The notes under the pieces are model-generated. The model was not told where the DNA came from. It searched no databases and saw only the letters and a list, made by a program, of their open reading frames with translations. The translations under genes were made by a program, and so were the position numbers. Of a stretch of 64,000 nucleotides of DNA, positions 38,492-48,449 are shown one piece after another (the first letter of the stretch is position 1; the number at the start of each line of letters is the position of its first letter). This stretch comes from Acidobacteriaceae bacterium (GTDB lineage Bacteria; Acidobacteriota; Terriglobia; Terriglobales; Acidobacteriaceae), in NCBI GenBank assembly GCA_963692885.1, contig OY843586.1, positions 4,121,061-4,185,060 on the forward strand. Reading direction: 5' to 3'.

Positions 38492-39469
38492 ATGATGACC
38501 TGTATGTTACTGCCGGGGAAACACGCGTATGCTGGTGCGGTGCGCGCCTTTGTCACCTTCCTCGCAATGCTTTCGGGCTTCAGCGGAGTGCTCGCAGCCC
38601 AGTCCGTAACCATGCCGCTCTGGCCCAGGGGTGTACCCGAAGTAATAGGCGGAACCGGCCCGGCCAGACCCATCACCGGGCACGAAGCAGACATGACGAG
38701 GCCCACGGACAACATGCCTGCCGGCCGCCCTGTCGTCAGGCTCGGGAATGTCAGTCAGCCGACGCTGACAGTCTACAAACCGGCACACAACGCCAATGGC
38801 GCAGCAGTGGTCGTGTTTCCGGGCGGCGGCTACCAGATCCTTGCATATGACCTGGAAGGCAGTGAGGTCTGCACCTGGCTCAACTCGATCGGTGTCACCT
38901 GCGTGCTGGTGAAATACCGAGTACCTATCTCCGGCGAGAATGGCGGCCGCTATCCGCAGAAGCTCGAAGACCTGCAGGACGCGCAAAGAGCGATGCGGCT
39001 GACGCGCGAGCATGCAACGGAGTGGGGTATTGATCCGAAGCGGGTCGGCGTACTGGGATTCTCGGCAGGCGGACACCTCGGCGTCGTGGTGAGCATCCAT
39101 CCGGACCAGGTCACCTATAAAGCGATGGATGCGGCGGATGCACTCAGCGCCCGGCCCGACTTTGCGGTGATCATCTATCCCGGCTACCTGGTAACGGCGC
39201 CCGACCTGGATAAGCTTTCAGTCGGCGTCGAGCCCGACGCACATACACCACCAACGTTCCTGCTGCAGGCGGAGGATGACCCCGTCCACGAAGAGAATGC
39301 ACTGGTGTACTTCCAGGCGCTCAAGCAGGCTAAAGTGCCGGCGGAGCTGCATATCTATTCGGAGGGCGGCCATGGCTATGGCATGCGGCCGACCCATCTG
39401 CCGATTACGCACTGGCCGGCATTGGCCGAAACCTGGTTGCATACCATCAAGATGATCCCGGCCAGCTGA
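38492..39469 (+). CDS. alpha/beta hydrolase (esterase/lipase-type), secreted
   Basis: GFSAGGH nucleophile elbow, VVFPGGGY oxyanion region, DDPV and GGHGYG. The start within the first 30 codons or so is uncertain. Confidence 0.82.
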   Translation: MMTCMLLPGKHAYAGAVRAFVTFLAMLSGFSGVLAAQSVTMPLWPRGVPEVIGGTGPARPITGHEADMTRPTDNMPAGRPVVRLGNVSQPTLTVYKPAHNANGAAVVVFPGGGYQILAYDLEGSEVCTWLNSIGVTCVLVKYRVPISGENGGRYPQKLEDLQDAQRAMRLTREHATEWGIDPKRVGVLGFSAGGHLGVVVSIHPDQVTYKAMDAADALSARPDFAVIIYPGYLVTAPDLDKLSVGVEPDAHTPPTFLLQAEDDPVHEENALVYFQALKQAKVPAELHIYSEGGHGYGMRPTHLPITHWPALAETWLHTIKMIPAS

Positions 39470-39472
39470 CAG

Positions 39473-39505
39473 AAAGCCCATCCTGACCATGCCAGGATGG
39501 GCTTT
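39473..39505. terminator. bidirectional terminator between the hydrolase gene and msrA
   Basis: AAAGCCCATCCTG-ACCATGC-CAGGATGGGCTTT, a perfect 13-bp stem that includes A/T flanks. Confidence 0.75.
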
Positions 39506-39525
39506 CGACGTTTGCTTCGGGCCGG

Positions 39526-40224
39526 CTATTTCGAAGCGACGGTCACTGCATTCTTCACGTACATGTCCGGCATCTGCTTCTTGAGGGCAGTCACTTTCGG
39601 AGCGTCATTGATCATGATGTACATGTTGCTCGGATGCTTCTCGGCATAGTCCTGGTGATAGGCCTCGGCCGGGTAAAAGCCCTTGAGCGGAATCACCTGT
39701 GTGGCGATGGGCTTCGAGAAGACCTTTGCGCCATTCAGCTGTGCGATGTAGGCGGTCGCGATCTTCTGCTGCTCCGGAGTTGCGTAGAAGAGCACTGAAC
39801 GATATTGCGTGCCTTCGTCAGGACCCTGTGCGTTTACCTGTGTCGGATCAAGCGCGACAGTAAAGAAGACCTTCAGCAGCTGCCCGTAGGTGACCTGCGA
39901 GGGGTCGTACGTCACTTTGACAGACTCAGCGTGCCCGGTTGAACCAGTGCTGACGGTTTCATAGTCGGCGGTATTGGCTTGGCCGCCCGAATAACCATCG
40001 ACTGCCTTGGTGACGCCCTTGGTGTGCTCGAAGACTGCCTGCACGCCCCAGAAGCAGCCACCGGCCAGCACCATCGTCTCCTGCGCGGGCGCCTTGGCAG
40101 CCGGCTCATCGACTGCTGGATTGGGCAGTGTGGTCGCAGCATTGGCGACATTGCAGGCGGCCATGCCGATCATGCAGGCAGCGGCTGCCAGGCTGGAAGC
40201 AATTTTTCTCGAAAAGTGATTCAT
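39526..40224 (-). CDS. msrA: peptide-methionine (S)-S-oxide reductase MsrA with signal peptide
   Basis: Active-site GGCFWGVQAVFEH and an N-terminal hydrophobic signal (SSLAAAACMIGMAACNVANA). Confidence 0.93.
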   Translation of the reverse strand: MNHFSRKIASSLAAAACMIGMAACNVANAATTLPNPAVDEPAAKAPAQETMVLAGGCFWGVQAVFEHTKGVTKAVDGYSGGQANTADYETVSTGSTGHAESVKVTYDPSQVTYGQLLKVFFTVALDPTQVNAQGPDEGTQYRSVLFYATPEQQKIATAYIAQLNGAKVFSKPIATQVIPLKGFYPAEAYHQDYAEKHPSNMYIMINDAPKVTALKKQMPDMYVKNAVTVASK

Positions 40225-40271
40225 GACTTGTTCCTATCTACTTTCTGCGGGCTTGTTGAGCCGCAGGCAAT

Positions 40272-40877
40272 TCAAGCTAGTTTGACGAACTTCATCGCGC
40301 CGGAATTCATGCAGTAGCGCAGGCCGGTAGGCGGTGGTCCGTCGTTGAAGACATGGCCGAGATGCGCTTCGCACAGTTTGCAGGCGACTTCGTCGCGATC
40401 CATGCCAAGACTGGTGTCCTTCTTGACATAGACATTCTCTTCCGCGATGGGCGCCCAAAAGCTCGGCCAGCCGGTGCCGGAATCAAACTTGGTATCCGAC
40501 CGGAAGAGCGCAGTGTCGCAGCAGATGCAGCGGAACAGCCCCTTGTCGTGCAGGTTCCAGGTAGCGCCGGTGTATGCCATCTCGGTATCGGCGTGCCGCG
40601 TGATCTCATAGGAGTTCTCGGGCAGCTGCTTGCGCCATTCCGCGTCGGTCTTGATGACCTTCGCGAGTTGCGTTTTGGCAATTTTTTTGCCCTTGTCGTC
40701 AAACGTGACAACCGTCACCATGCCGGGCGTCGGCATCTTCACATCGGCATGCACCGGGTGCACACCGAATTTGGTCCAGAGCGCAAGCCCACCCAGGATC
40801 GCCGTGCCCGAAAGCAGTAGCGACCGGCGATTCATTTTTTCATTCGATTTCTCTAAACCAAGGTCGGAGTTCAACAT
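40272..40877 (-). CDS. msrB: peptide-methionine (R)-S-oxide reductase MsrB with Tat-like signal
   Basis: ATG 40877 is preceded by AAGGAGG. NRRSLLLSG is followed by a hydrophobic stretch. Two CxxC zinc motifs (CICC, CKLC) and the catalytic RYCMNS are present. Confidence 0.92.
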   Translation of the reverse strand: MLNSDLGLEKSNEKMNRRSLLLSGTAILGGLALWTKFGVHPVHADVKMPTPGMVTVVTFDDKGKKIAKTQLAKVIKTDAEWRKQLPENSYEITRHADTEMAYTGATWNLHDKGLFRCICCDTALFRSDTKFDSGTGWPSFWAPIAEENVYVKKDTSLGMDRDEVACKLCEAHLGHVFNDGPPPTGLRYCMNSGAMKFVKLA

Positions 40878-41016
40878 GGTCCGCCTCCTTATCCCACTCT
40901 TTAGTGTACGAGCCCGGGGAAGCACTCGTATGCACCTGAGCATTCGACGTTCGAGTGCATGGAAAGGGTACAGCTTCGCTTTGGCTGGATACAGGCGTTT
41001 TGTCGAATTTTTCTGA

Positions 41017-41421
41017 TCAGCGGCTATGAATCAGACTGAACAGCAGGATTGCCAGCACAATCGCACTGATGACTGTGTACAGCCGGTCTTTTTCGAGGAG
41101 GAAACCGGCCAGCGCGAAGACAACGCGCACGACCGGTGTCGCAATCAGCAGCAGGATGCCGAGCTGAATGATGGCCAGGCTGGAGCCGTGGGCCACACCG
41201 GCAAACGTTCCGCGGATGCTCAGGGCCTCGGCAGGAGCAGAGTGGAAGTGGGTGTAGTCTGGCGCATGTCCGCCGGGATGGCGCAGGTAAAGGACACCGC
41301 CAGCGAACATGATGAGCGCCGAGACGGTGACACCGGCACGCAGCATCTGTCCGATGACGGCTTCAAGGCGCTGGTCGTTCCTGAGCCGCGATTCCGCAAA
41401 GCCGGGTTGCCCGGACATCAC
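41017..41421 (-). CDS. DUF1634 domain membrane protein
   Basis: A 134-aa protein with 3-4 TM segments and a 4-nt overlap with the upstream TauE/SafE gene, which is the usual partner arrangement. Confidence 0.7.
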   Translation of the reverse strand: MMSGQPGFAESRLRNDQRLEAVIGQMLRAGVTVSALIMFAGGVLYLRHPGGHAPDYTHFHSAPAEALSIRGTFAGVAHGSSLAIIQLGILLLIATPVVRVVFALAGFLLEKDRLYTVISAIVLAILLFSLIHSR

Positions 41422-42251
41422 AGTCTTCCCGCGATACTGTTGTAGATCATCTCAACTCCAAGCACCGCAATCACCACCGCGAAGACCATGCGAAGCGTTG
41501 CGACCCTCGCCTTTACGAGCAGCTTCGCGCCGAGCAGAGAACCCGCCAGCACACCAAGCATGACCGGCATGGCGAGCCCCGGATCGATGTAGCCACGGCT
41601 GAGATAGATGCCGGCGCTCGCTGCCGCGGTGACGCCGATCATGAAGTTGCTGGTGGTGGTCGAGACTTTGAAGGGCAGGCGCATCGCCTGGTCCATGGCC
41701 AGCACCTTGACTGCGCCGGAGCCGATGCCGAGCAGACCCGACAACGTGCCGGCGAGGCCCATGATGGCGAAGCCGGCCGGCACATGCTGCGCTGTGTACG
41801 CCTTGCCGCTTTCAGGATCAGTTCCCTGCAACCGCAGGCGCGTGCCGCGTGGATCGGGCCGATCAGAACCGCTCGCGTGCTTGGCGCGGAAGCTCAGGTA
41901 CGCCGAGTACAGCAGCACGATGCCGAAAGTTATACCGATCGCATGCGTCGACACTTTTGCCGCGAGATAGGCACCGAAGATCGCGCCCAGGGTCGTCGCG
42001 ATCTCGAGAAACATGCCGATGCGAATGTTCGAGAAACCTTCGCGCACATACGCTGCCGCCGCTCCGCTCGAAGTAGCGATGACAGAGATGAGCGACGCCC
42101 CGATAGCGTAGCGGATATCAATTTTGAAAAGGATAGTCAGCACAGGCACAAGGACCACCCCGCCGCCGAGGCCGGTCAAGGCGCCGAGCAGTCCTGCGAC
42201 GGCCGAGGTGGCGAACATCAGCAGCGAAAATTCAAGCAGGTTCAGTGACAT
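41418..42251 (-). CDS. TauE/SafE (TSUP) family anion transporter
   Basis: ATG 42251 is preceded by GGAGGAAA. Repeated GxGGG-type helices ([21 protein letters not shown]) are present. Confidence 0.85.
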   Translation of the reverse strand: MSLNLLEFSLLMFATSAVAGLLGALTGLGGGVVLVPVLTILFKIDIRYAIGASLISVIATSSGAAAAYVREGFSNIRIGMFLEIATTLGAIFGAYLAAKVSTHAIGITFGIVLLYSAYLSFRAKHASGSDRPDPRGTRLRLQGTDPESGKAYTAQHVPAGFAIMGLAGTLSGLLGIGSGAVKVLAMDQAMRLPFKVSTTTSNFMIGVTAAASAGIYLSRGYIDPGLAMPVMLGVLAGSLLGAKLLVKARVATLRMVFAVVIAVLGVEMIYNSIAGRL

Positions 42252-43845
42252 TTTCCTCCGGCGCCCCCTGCGATTTCTCTTCGTGATATTCCTGCTCGGT
42301 ATTGATCTCCCACAGGGCTGCCTTGTTGACGTGGCCGGCAATGATGTTATCAACAGCCGTCATCGCCGTCAGCATGGAATGGTCCTGGTTGTTGTACTTG
42401 TGCATGCCATTGCGGCCTACGAGAAAAAGATTCTCGTAGCCATCGAGGTACTCGCGCACTTCATTAAAACGCGCATAGGTGCCATAGTAGGCCGGGTAGG
42501 TTTTCGGCACGCGCACCACATGGCCGTCATGCACATCGCGCGCATGCAGCAGGCCGATCTTCTCAACTTCAGCCGTCGCGAAACGGATCAGTTCTTCATC
42601 CGGCATCTTCCACAATTCGTCAGTGTCATAGCAGAAGTATTCCAGGCCGATCCAGACCTTCGCTGGGTCGGCAACCATGTAGGGACTCCAGTTATTGAAG
42701 ATCTGTAACCGCCCGAGTAGCACATCCGGCTCCTGGATATAGATCCAGGTATCTTTGAGCGGTGAACCATCGGGTTCAGTCACGGCAAGTTTGTCCGCGA
42801 GCAGGCCGACCGTGATGAAATCGCGATAGGCGAGGCCTTCCGCAACTTCACGAACATTTGCCGGAACCTCTACGTCGAGTGCCTTCACCAGTTCCTTAAT
42901 CGGCATTGTCGAGAAGAAATACTCGCCGGCGAAACGCTGCACTTCGCCCACTGCATTGCGCGCCTTCACGGCGACGACGCGTTCTCCCGCAGTCTCGACT
43001 GCCTCTACACGCCAGCCGGTCAGCACCTGGCCGCCCTTCTGCCGGATCAGGCTCGCGACATGCTCCCACAACTGGCCGGGGCCGTATTTCGGATAGAGGA
43101 ACTGCTCGATGAGCGACGTCTCAGTTCCCTTCTGCGCAATATCGCCCACCTCTTTTTTCTTTTTGAAAATTGTCTTGAAAAAATGTGCAACAGCGCTCGA
43201 CAGTGACAGGCCCTTGATCCGTTGTGCACCCCATTCGGCGCTGAGTTCAACACAGCGGACGCCCCAGACCTTCTCCGTATACGACTTGAAAAAAGTAAGG
43301 TACAACTGCACGCCGAAGCGATTGATCAGGAAGTCTTCAAGCGAGCGCTCCGGCTTGCGCTGGTGGAACTTCGTCCATAGATAGCTGAGGCCGATGCGTA
43401 GCGTGCGCAGGATGCCGAGGCCGCGAATCGTGTCCGGCGTAAGTGTGACAGGATACGCAAAGAAGCGTCGCAGAAAGTAGATACGGCTCTGGCGCGGCCG
43501 CACCAGCATCACCAGGTCGCTGTCGACATCAGGCGCATGATGAGCCGGCAGAGGCCGCTGCTGGTTCTGGTAGGAGATGACGTGGTGGCTACCATCTCTT
43601 GACGCTTCATCAATGGCAGGCGGTAGAAGCTCCATCCACCATTGCATGACGCGGTCCGACTTCGAGAAGAAGCGATGGCCGCCGATGTCCATGCGGTTGC
43701 CCTTGTAGCGGATGGTGCGCGAGATGCCGCCGATCTCGTCGCTCGCTTCGAGGACGATGGGTTCAATATCGGACTTGCGCAGAAACTCGAGCGCTGCAGT
43801 CAGGCCGGCCGGTCCGGCGCCAATAATGATGGCCTGCTTTTTCAT
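42232..43845 (-). CDS. NAD(P)/FAD-dependent oxidoreductase (amine-oxidase/UDP-galactopyranose-mutase-like fold)
   Basis: ATG 43845 gives [21 protein letters not shown]...LEASDEIGG (dinucleotide-binding motif). The 3' end overlaps the TauE start by 20 nt. Confidence 0.8.
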   Translation of the reverse strand: MKKQAIIIGAGPAGLTAALEFLRKSDIEPIVLEASDEIGGISRTIRYKGNRMDIGGHRFFSKSDRVMQWWMELLPPAIDEASRDGSHHVISYQNQQRPLPAHHAPDVDSDLVMLVRPRQSRIYFLRRFFAYPVTLTPDTIRGLGILRTLRIGLSYLWTKFHQRKPERSLEDFLINRFGVQLYLTFFKSYTEKVWGVRCVELSAEWGAQRIKGLSLSSAVAHFFKTIFKKKKEVGDIAQKGTETSLIEQFLYPKYGPGQLWEHVASLIRQKGGQVLTGWRVEAVETAGERVVAVKARNAVGEVQRFAGEYFFSTMPIKELVKALDVEVPANVREVAEGLAYRDFITVGLLADKLAVTEPDGSPLKDTWIYIQEPDVLLGRLQIFNNWSPYMVADPAKVWIGLEYFCYDTDELWKMPDEELIRFATAEVEKIGLLHARDVHDGHVVRVPKTYPAYYGTYARFNEVREYLDGYENLFLVGRNGMHKYNNQDHSMLTAMTAVDNIIAGHVNKAALWEINTEQEYHEEKSQGAPEENVTEPA

Positions 43846-43936
43846 TCCATCCAGTCTATTGATAATTGTCAGGAAATTCGCGGAGCGCTGGCGATGCTGC
43901 GTACGATCGAGCATCCCTGCAGTTCGTACAGACGCA

Positions 43937-45571
43937 TCAACGCCGGTATTCGTAGAGGATCGAATCGGGCGTTTCAACCTCACCAACAAGCGTGTAGCCG
44001 GCGCGCAGGAAGACATCCGTGCAGGAGCCGCACTCGCTCATGGATCCGTCCCTGCTGCCGTAGGCGTAGAAGTGGTCATGCGCAGCGAAGAAGCTGGCGA
44101 AGTCCGTCAGGCGAAAATCAACGTGGGCCCAGTCGCGTAGCGTGCGGAAGCTCAGGCTGAAGAGGTTTGCGTAGGAGGGCGCACCGAAATACAGCTGCTT
44201 GACCACGGATGGCGGCGCGTACTGGTAGAGGTAGATGTACTTGAGCTGATTGATCTCGAGGATGGGCAGGTCGGGACGTACGTGCAGCAGCGGTTCATCA
44301 AGCTCCATCACGCGATTGGGAGCAGTCGCAAAGTTGATCCTGCCGCTCGGCTCTACCAGGTTGTCGCGTTTTCCGCGCGCAACATTGAAAGCCTCCAGGG
44401 CGAGATGACCCGAGATTACCAGCAGCATAAAAACAACAATCAATTGTGCGCATTGTCGAGACGGCAGCCACGCACTTCCATACGCCAGCAGGATGGCGAC
44501 CCCGGCAAGTGCCGAAAGAAAGTAACGGTAGAAGAAAACTGCGTGACTGATGCTGATGCCAAGTATGCCGAAGAGCGGCACAGCTAGAAAACAGATGGCG
44601 AGCACCAGCTCAAGCCGGGTGACAGCCGGATTTCCGTCCTCGAGCACGCGATCCGGCGTCGCCTGGTGATGGACGGTAGCCCAGCAGAACATCACCAGGA
44701 AGAGGAGAAGCACGAAGACAGAAGCGCTCAGCGTGTTTAACGCGTAATTGAGCAACGCAGTCAGCAGGCTGGCACCTCCAGTCGGAACGAACGGCATCAT
44801 GTTTTTGTAGGCGTGCATCATGGGAAGAAAGATCGGTACGACGATTGCGAGCGGCACAATAAGCCCGGCCACGATGCCCCAATGGATCTTCCGGCGCGCC
44901 AGAAATCCATACACTTCAGCCAGGCCGAATGGAACGACCAGGTAGACCGCGTACACATGCGTGAGCATGCTGCCGAGCATGAACAGTAGAAATGCAGCAT
45001 TCCACCAGGGGCGGTTATTCTCTTCGACAATGCGCTGCCAGCAGATCAGGGCCAGTCCGCACCAGCCAAGCGTGATGCCGTGGGGCCGTGCCTCATATGC
45101 GTAGTGAAGAGCCAGTGTCAGGAGCGGGAAAGCCGCTGCGATCAGGCCGGGAAGTCGACCGAGCCTGCGACCGACAAAGACGAAAAGACAGAAGCAGAAG
45201 AGCCACACGCCAAGCATCTCAGGAAGCCTGGTCGCGATAAGTCCCTCGCCGAAAATCTTCTCGGAGATGCGCGTGAATACGTAGAAGAGTGGCGGGTTGA
45301 AGTCGGCGCCGTGCTGGACCGCGATCCAGGTGCTCTTCATACTGGGCAGGCGGCACAGGTAGACGGTAAACAGTTCGTCGAACCAGAACGGTTTACGACT
45401 GGAACGCCACATCACGTCAGCGAAGTAAACGAGGGATAAGGCGATGACGCCGCAGACTGTCCTGAGATCCAAGAGGCGGCTCGACGCGCTCGGACCCTGC
45501 GCGACGCTCGACGAAGATCCGCGAACGGCAGTAGCAGCGCTCTCACTTTTCGCTCGAAGATCCAGGCTCAT
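43937..45571 (-). CDS. GT-C fold (GT39/ArnT-like) membrane glycosyltransferase
   Basis: About 12 hydrophobic helices, a first-loop acidic motif FWFDELFT, and a soluble C-terminal domain. Confidence 0.75.
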   Translation of the reverse strand: MSLDLRAKSESAATAVRGSSSSVAQGPSASSRLLDLRTVCGVIALSLVYFADVMWRSSRKPFWFDELFTVYLCRLPSMKSTWIAVQHGADFNPPLFYVFTRISEKIFGEGLIATRLPEMLGVWLFCFCLFVFVGRRLGRLPGLIAAAFPLLTLALHYAYEARPHGITLGWCGLALICWQRIVEENNRPWWNAAFLLFMLGSMLTHVYAVYLVVPFGLAEVYGFLARRKIHWGIVAGLIVPLAIVVPIFLPMMHAYKNMMPFVPTGGASLLTALLNYALNTLSASVFVLLLFLVMFCWATVHHQATPDRVLEDGNPAVTRLELVLAICFLAVPLFGILGISISHAVFFYRYFLSALAGVAILLAYGSAWLPSRQCAQLIVVFMLLVISGHLALEAFNVARGKRDNLVEPSGRINFATAPNRVMELDEPLLHVRPDLPILEINQLKYIYLYQYAPPSVVKQLYFGAPSYANLFSLSFRTLRDWAHVDFRLTDFASFFAAHDHFYAYGSRDGSMSECGSCTDVFLRAGYTLVGEVETPDSILYEYRR

Positions 45572-45573
45572 CG

Positions 45574-45729
45574 TCAGAGTGTAGCAAGCGTGGGACCGTC
45601 TCGTTTGTGGACGAAGCAGGCTGGCCGTTGCTCACTGTGGTAGTCAGCGAGGTATTCACGAGGTGGTCCGAAGCGCAGGATGATGTCGGCTGCTTTCTTC
45701 AGCGCGAACAACGATGGCCCAGCCGGCAT
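45574..45729 (-). CDS. possible small coupled ORF (51 aa), hypothetical
   Basis: MPAGPSLFALKKAADIILRFGPPREYLADYHSEQRPACFVHKRDGPTLATL. The ATG lies 13 nt after the acyltransferase stop, and its TGA lies 2 nt before the GT-C ATG. Codon third-position composition looks coding-like. Confidence 0.35.
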   Translation of the reverse strand: MPAGPSLFALKKAADIILRFGPPREYLADYHSEQRPACFVHKRDGPTLATL

Positions 45730-45742
45730 CACTATCCCGCAG

Positions 45743-46933
45743 CTACGCGCTCCTGCGCGCGAAGAAGGGTTTTTCGACAAACCGGAAGCTGATGGTCGCG
45801 CACATTGTAATGATCAGGCCGGCGACCATCATGCTGCCCCAGTACGGGAGCGGGTTCATGGTACCGATCGGGCGATATCGATTAAGCAGCACAAGAAGAA
45901 GGTGCAGGAGTAGTCCGTGCAGGACGTACATACTGTAACTGACTGCTCCCAATGCTCGAAAGGCGCGGCTGGACAAGATGCCGTGGAAGCTGTTTCCGGC
46001 AACGATCATGAAGAAGATGGGAGCCAGCAGCCACGGTTCAAGATCGTTGTAGCCGGCAGGCGTATACCGGAATTGCAGCACCAGTAGAAGAATGGCGACC
46101 GGCGTCGTCCAGGGCGAGACCAGCATCCGTTTGATGCGTTCACTGCGAATTCCATAGGCAGCGTACATTCCGATCGCGAAGCCCGCCCAGAACAGATGCG
46201 TAAAGGTGTGCATGGTGTCCGCCAGGCTGGCCAGATAAAAACCCTTGACGTGGATGCGGGGAATTACAAAGCTGGCAGCCATGGCTATGAGCACACAGAG
46301 AAATAATCTGCGGATCGGTCGAAACCAGGCCAGCAGTGGCAGCAGCAGATAGAAGAGCCATTCCATCTCGAGTGTCCAGAAGATGCCACCAGTCAGAAAT
46401 ATCGGATTGAATCCGTTGGTGACTGGACCACCGAGGTACGGAAAGCCTGCCAGCAGCCATGCGCACAACTGCTGGAGAGCATCGACTGGCGGCACGCGCA
46501 ACTGAAAGTGACTTAAGAAGGCAATGACGATGTAGAGAATCAGTACCGCCAGAAGGTACGCTGGCAGGATACGCCGGGCTCGGTTCGGGATAAGGCGGCG
46601 GGTACTCACACTTGCCGGATCCCTGAGCATTTTCTGCCAGAACAGGAAACCGCTGATGAAGAAAAACATCGTCACGGCCGACGGGCCAAGCTGGTTGTAA
46701 AAATTCGACTCGGGACGATCCCATAGCCCCGTCCGGAAGAGATTGTAAGAGATTGAGGCATGGTGAAAAAACACCGAAGACGCAAGAATCCCGCGCAGGC
46801 CGTCAAGTGAAAGAGTCTTGGCATGAGCGGCAGACACTTCATCCAGCACTGCAATATGGCGCGAAAGATACCCGCAAAAACACGCCATCAAACTTATGCC
46901 CAGGAGAACAGGGAGCGGATTGCCGATCTGCAT
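45743..46933 (-). CDS. acyltransferase family 3 (OafA/YrhL-like) membrane protein
   Basis: LDGLRGILASSVFFHH signature and about 10 TM helices. ATG 46933 is preferred over the longer track ORF. Confidence 0.85.
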   Translation of the reverse strand: MQIGNPLPVLLGISLMACFCGYLSRHIAVLDEVSAAHAKTLSLDGLRGILASSVFFHHASISYNLFRTGLWDRPESNFYNQLGPSAVTMFFFISGFLFWQKMLRDPASVSTRRLIPNRARRILPAYLLAVLILYIVIAFLSHFQLRVPPVDALQQLCAWLLAGFPYLGGPVTNGFNPIFLTGGIFWTLEMEWLFYLLLPLLAWFRPIRRLFLCVLIAMAASFVIPRIHVKGFYLASLADTMHTFTHLFWAGFAIGMYAAYGIRSERIKRMLVSPWTTPVAILLLVLQFRYTPAGYNDLEPWLLAPIFFMIVAGNSFHGILSSRAFRALGAVSYSMYVLHGLLLHLLLVLLNRYRPIGTMNPLPYWGSMMVAGLIITMCATISFRFVEKPFFARRSA

Positions 46934-47098
46934 CGTTAAAATTCTTTCAGGCCAAAGTCCAGTGTAAAGGCCCCTGTTCACTTCTCGGATCGTACAAGCA
47001 ACGCAGCAATTGCGGTAATCTCGCGGCGGCGACCCTTCTAATATCAAGGGCTTGTGACACGCATCAGCAGCGCATCATAGTTGCATCTGCAGGCATAT

Positions 47099-47866
47099 AT
47101 GAATTCTGATTTATCCAGTGCTTTTCCTTCGATACTGGCGGCCTTCCTTGCCTCCCTTGTCGAGTGCGTCGAAGCACTCACCGTGGTGCTGGCAGTCGGC
47201 AGCGTGCGCGGGCCGCGGGGCTGGCGGAGTGCGTTGGCGGGAGTCGCCGTTGCGCTGGCCGTACTACTGGCGATCGTAGCAGTGCTGGGCCGGGCGTTGA
47301 CGAAAATTCCGTTGCACCTGCTGCAAGGCGTAGTCGGCGCACTGCTGCTGCTGTTCGGGCTGCGCTGGCTGCGTAAAGCAATCCTGCGCTCGTCCGGCTT
47401 TATTCCTATGCATGACGAAACCGCTGCCTTCGCTAAGAATGCGAAAGCGTTGCAGGGCATGCAGGCTGCTCCGGGCTGGGACAGGGTCGCGTTCAGCGCA
47501 TCGTTCCAGATCACCATGCTCGAAGGAACCGAGGTTGTGTTTATCGTCATTGCGATAGGTGCCGGTGGTCCCGGACTGTTTCTGCCGGCGAGTATAGGCG
47601 CATTGGCTGCCCTGGTCGTGGTGACAGCCCTGGGTTTCGCAGTCCATCGGCCACTGGCGCGGGTCCCCGAAAATACACTCAAGTTCATCGTCGGCGGCCT
47701 GCTCTCTGCCTTTGGCACGTTCTGGGTCGGCGAAGGACTCGGCCTTGAATGGCCCGGCGCGGACTGGGCGATCGCGGTACTCGTGGCAGGCTACCTTCTT
47801 GTTGCGCTCGCCGCGATCCGGCTATGTCGCGGCACCGCCATGGCACGGGCAGAGGAGCCACGATGA
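47099..47866 (+). CDS. COG4280-type integral membrane protein
   Basis: Pattern FLASLVECVEALTVVLAVG..RGWRSAL...LRWLRKAILR...MLEGTEVVFIV, recalled from the COG4280 family. Confidence 0.65.
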   Translation: MNSDLSSAFPSILAAFLASLVECVEALTVVLAVGSVRGPRGWRSALAGVAVALAVLLAIVAVLGRALTKIPLHLLQGVVGALLLLFGLRWLRKAILRSSGFIPMHDETAAFAKNAKALQGMQAAPGWDRVAFSASFQITMLEGTEVVFIVIAIGAGGPGLFLPASIGALAALVVVTALGFAVHRPLARVPENTLKFIVGGLLSAFGTFWVGEGLGLEWPGADWAIAVLVAGYLLVALAAIRLCRGTAMARAEEPR

Positions 47867-48096
47867 AGTGGATCAGGACTATTCTGCGCGAAGTCTACGG
47901 CCTGTTTGTCGACGACCTGTCGTTCACGTTGTCGATCCTCGCGTGGCTGGGGCTGACCTGGCTTGGCGTGGTCGAACTGGAGCAACGGCATACCGCCTTT
48001 CCCCACTGGCTGCCGGCAGGACTGCTGTTCGCCGGCCTGGCAGGCATCCTGCTTGGAAGCACACTGCGCTTCGCGCGTAGACGACCACTCCGCTGA
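47863..48096 (+). CDS. small two-TM membrane protein (77 aa), translationally coupled
   Basis: ATGA overlap with the preceding stop. The sequence is MKWIRTILREVYGLFVDDLSFTLSILAWLGL... Confidence 0.55.
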   Translation: MKWIRTILREVYGLFVDDLSFTLSILAWLGLTWLGVVELEQRHTAFPHWLPAGLLFAGLAGILLGSTLRFARRRPLR

Positions 48097-48219
48097 ACTC
48101 TCCGGGCATCTTCGACTATGCGCTTTTTACCCTCCATGTATCGTTACAGGTACACGCTGCGGCGCAATCGTAAGCCAGCCCTGCAGCCGCTGTGAACCGT
48201 GGAGGAATGAGGGCGACGC

Positions 48220-48447
48220 ATGCCGTATATCTACATCGACAGGGTCCTGAATGAATTGCGCTCAGAGCTGCTGTCGGCCATGCACCAGGCAGTCAGCGGT
48301 CAGTTCAAAAAGGGTGAAGTGGATGTGAACCGGCTCTACCGCAGCTTCACGCGCGCCGCTACGGGCCAGGTCGCAAACCCTGTACGCGTGTCGGACAAGT
48401 GCATCGACTCCGGACCGAAGGGCGTCAAGGGTCATCCCGACAGCTGA
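48220..48447 (+). CDS. hypothetical protein (75 aa)
   Basis: The ORF is preceded by GAGGG 7 nt upstream. Its stop lies 2 nt before the GNAT start. Confidence 0.5.
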   Translation: MPYIYIDRVLNELRSELLSAMHQAVSGQFKKGEVDVNRLYRSFTRAATGQVANPVRVSDKCIDSGPKGVKGHPDS

Positions 48448-48449
48448 CC

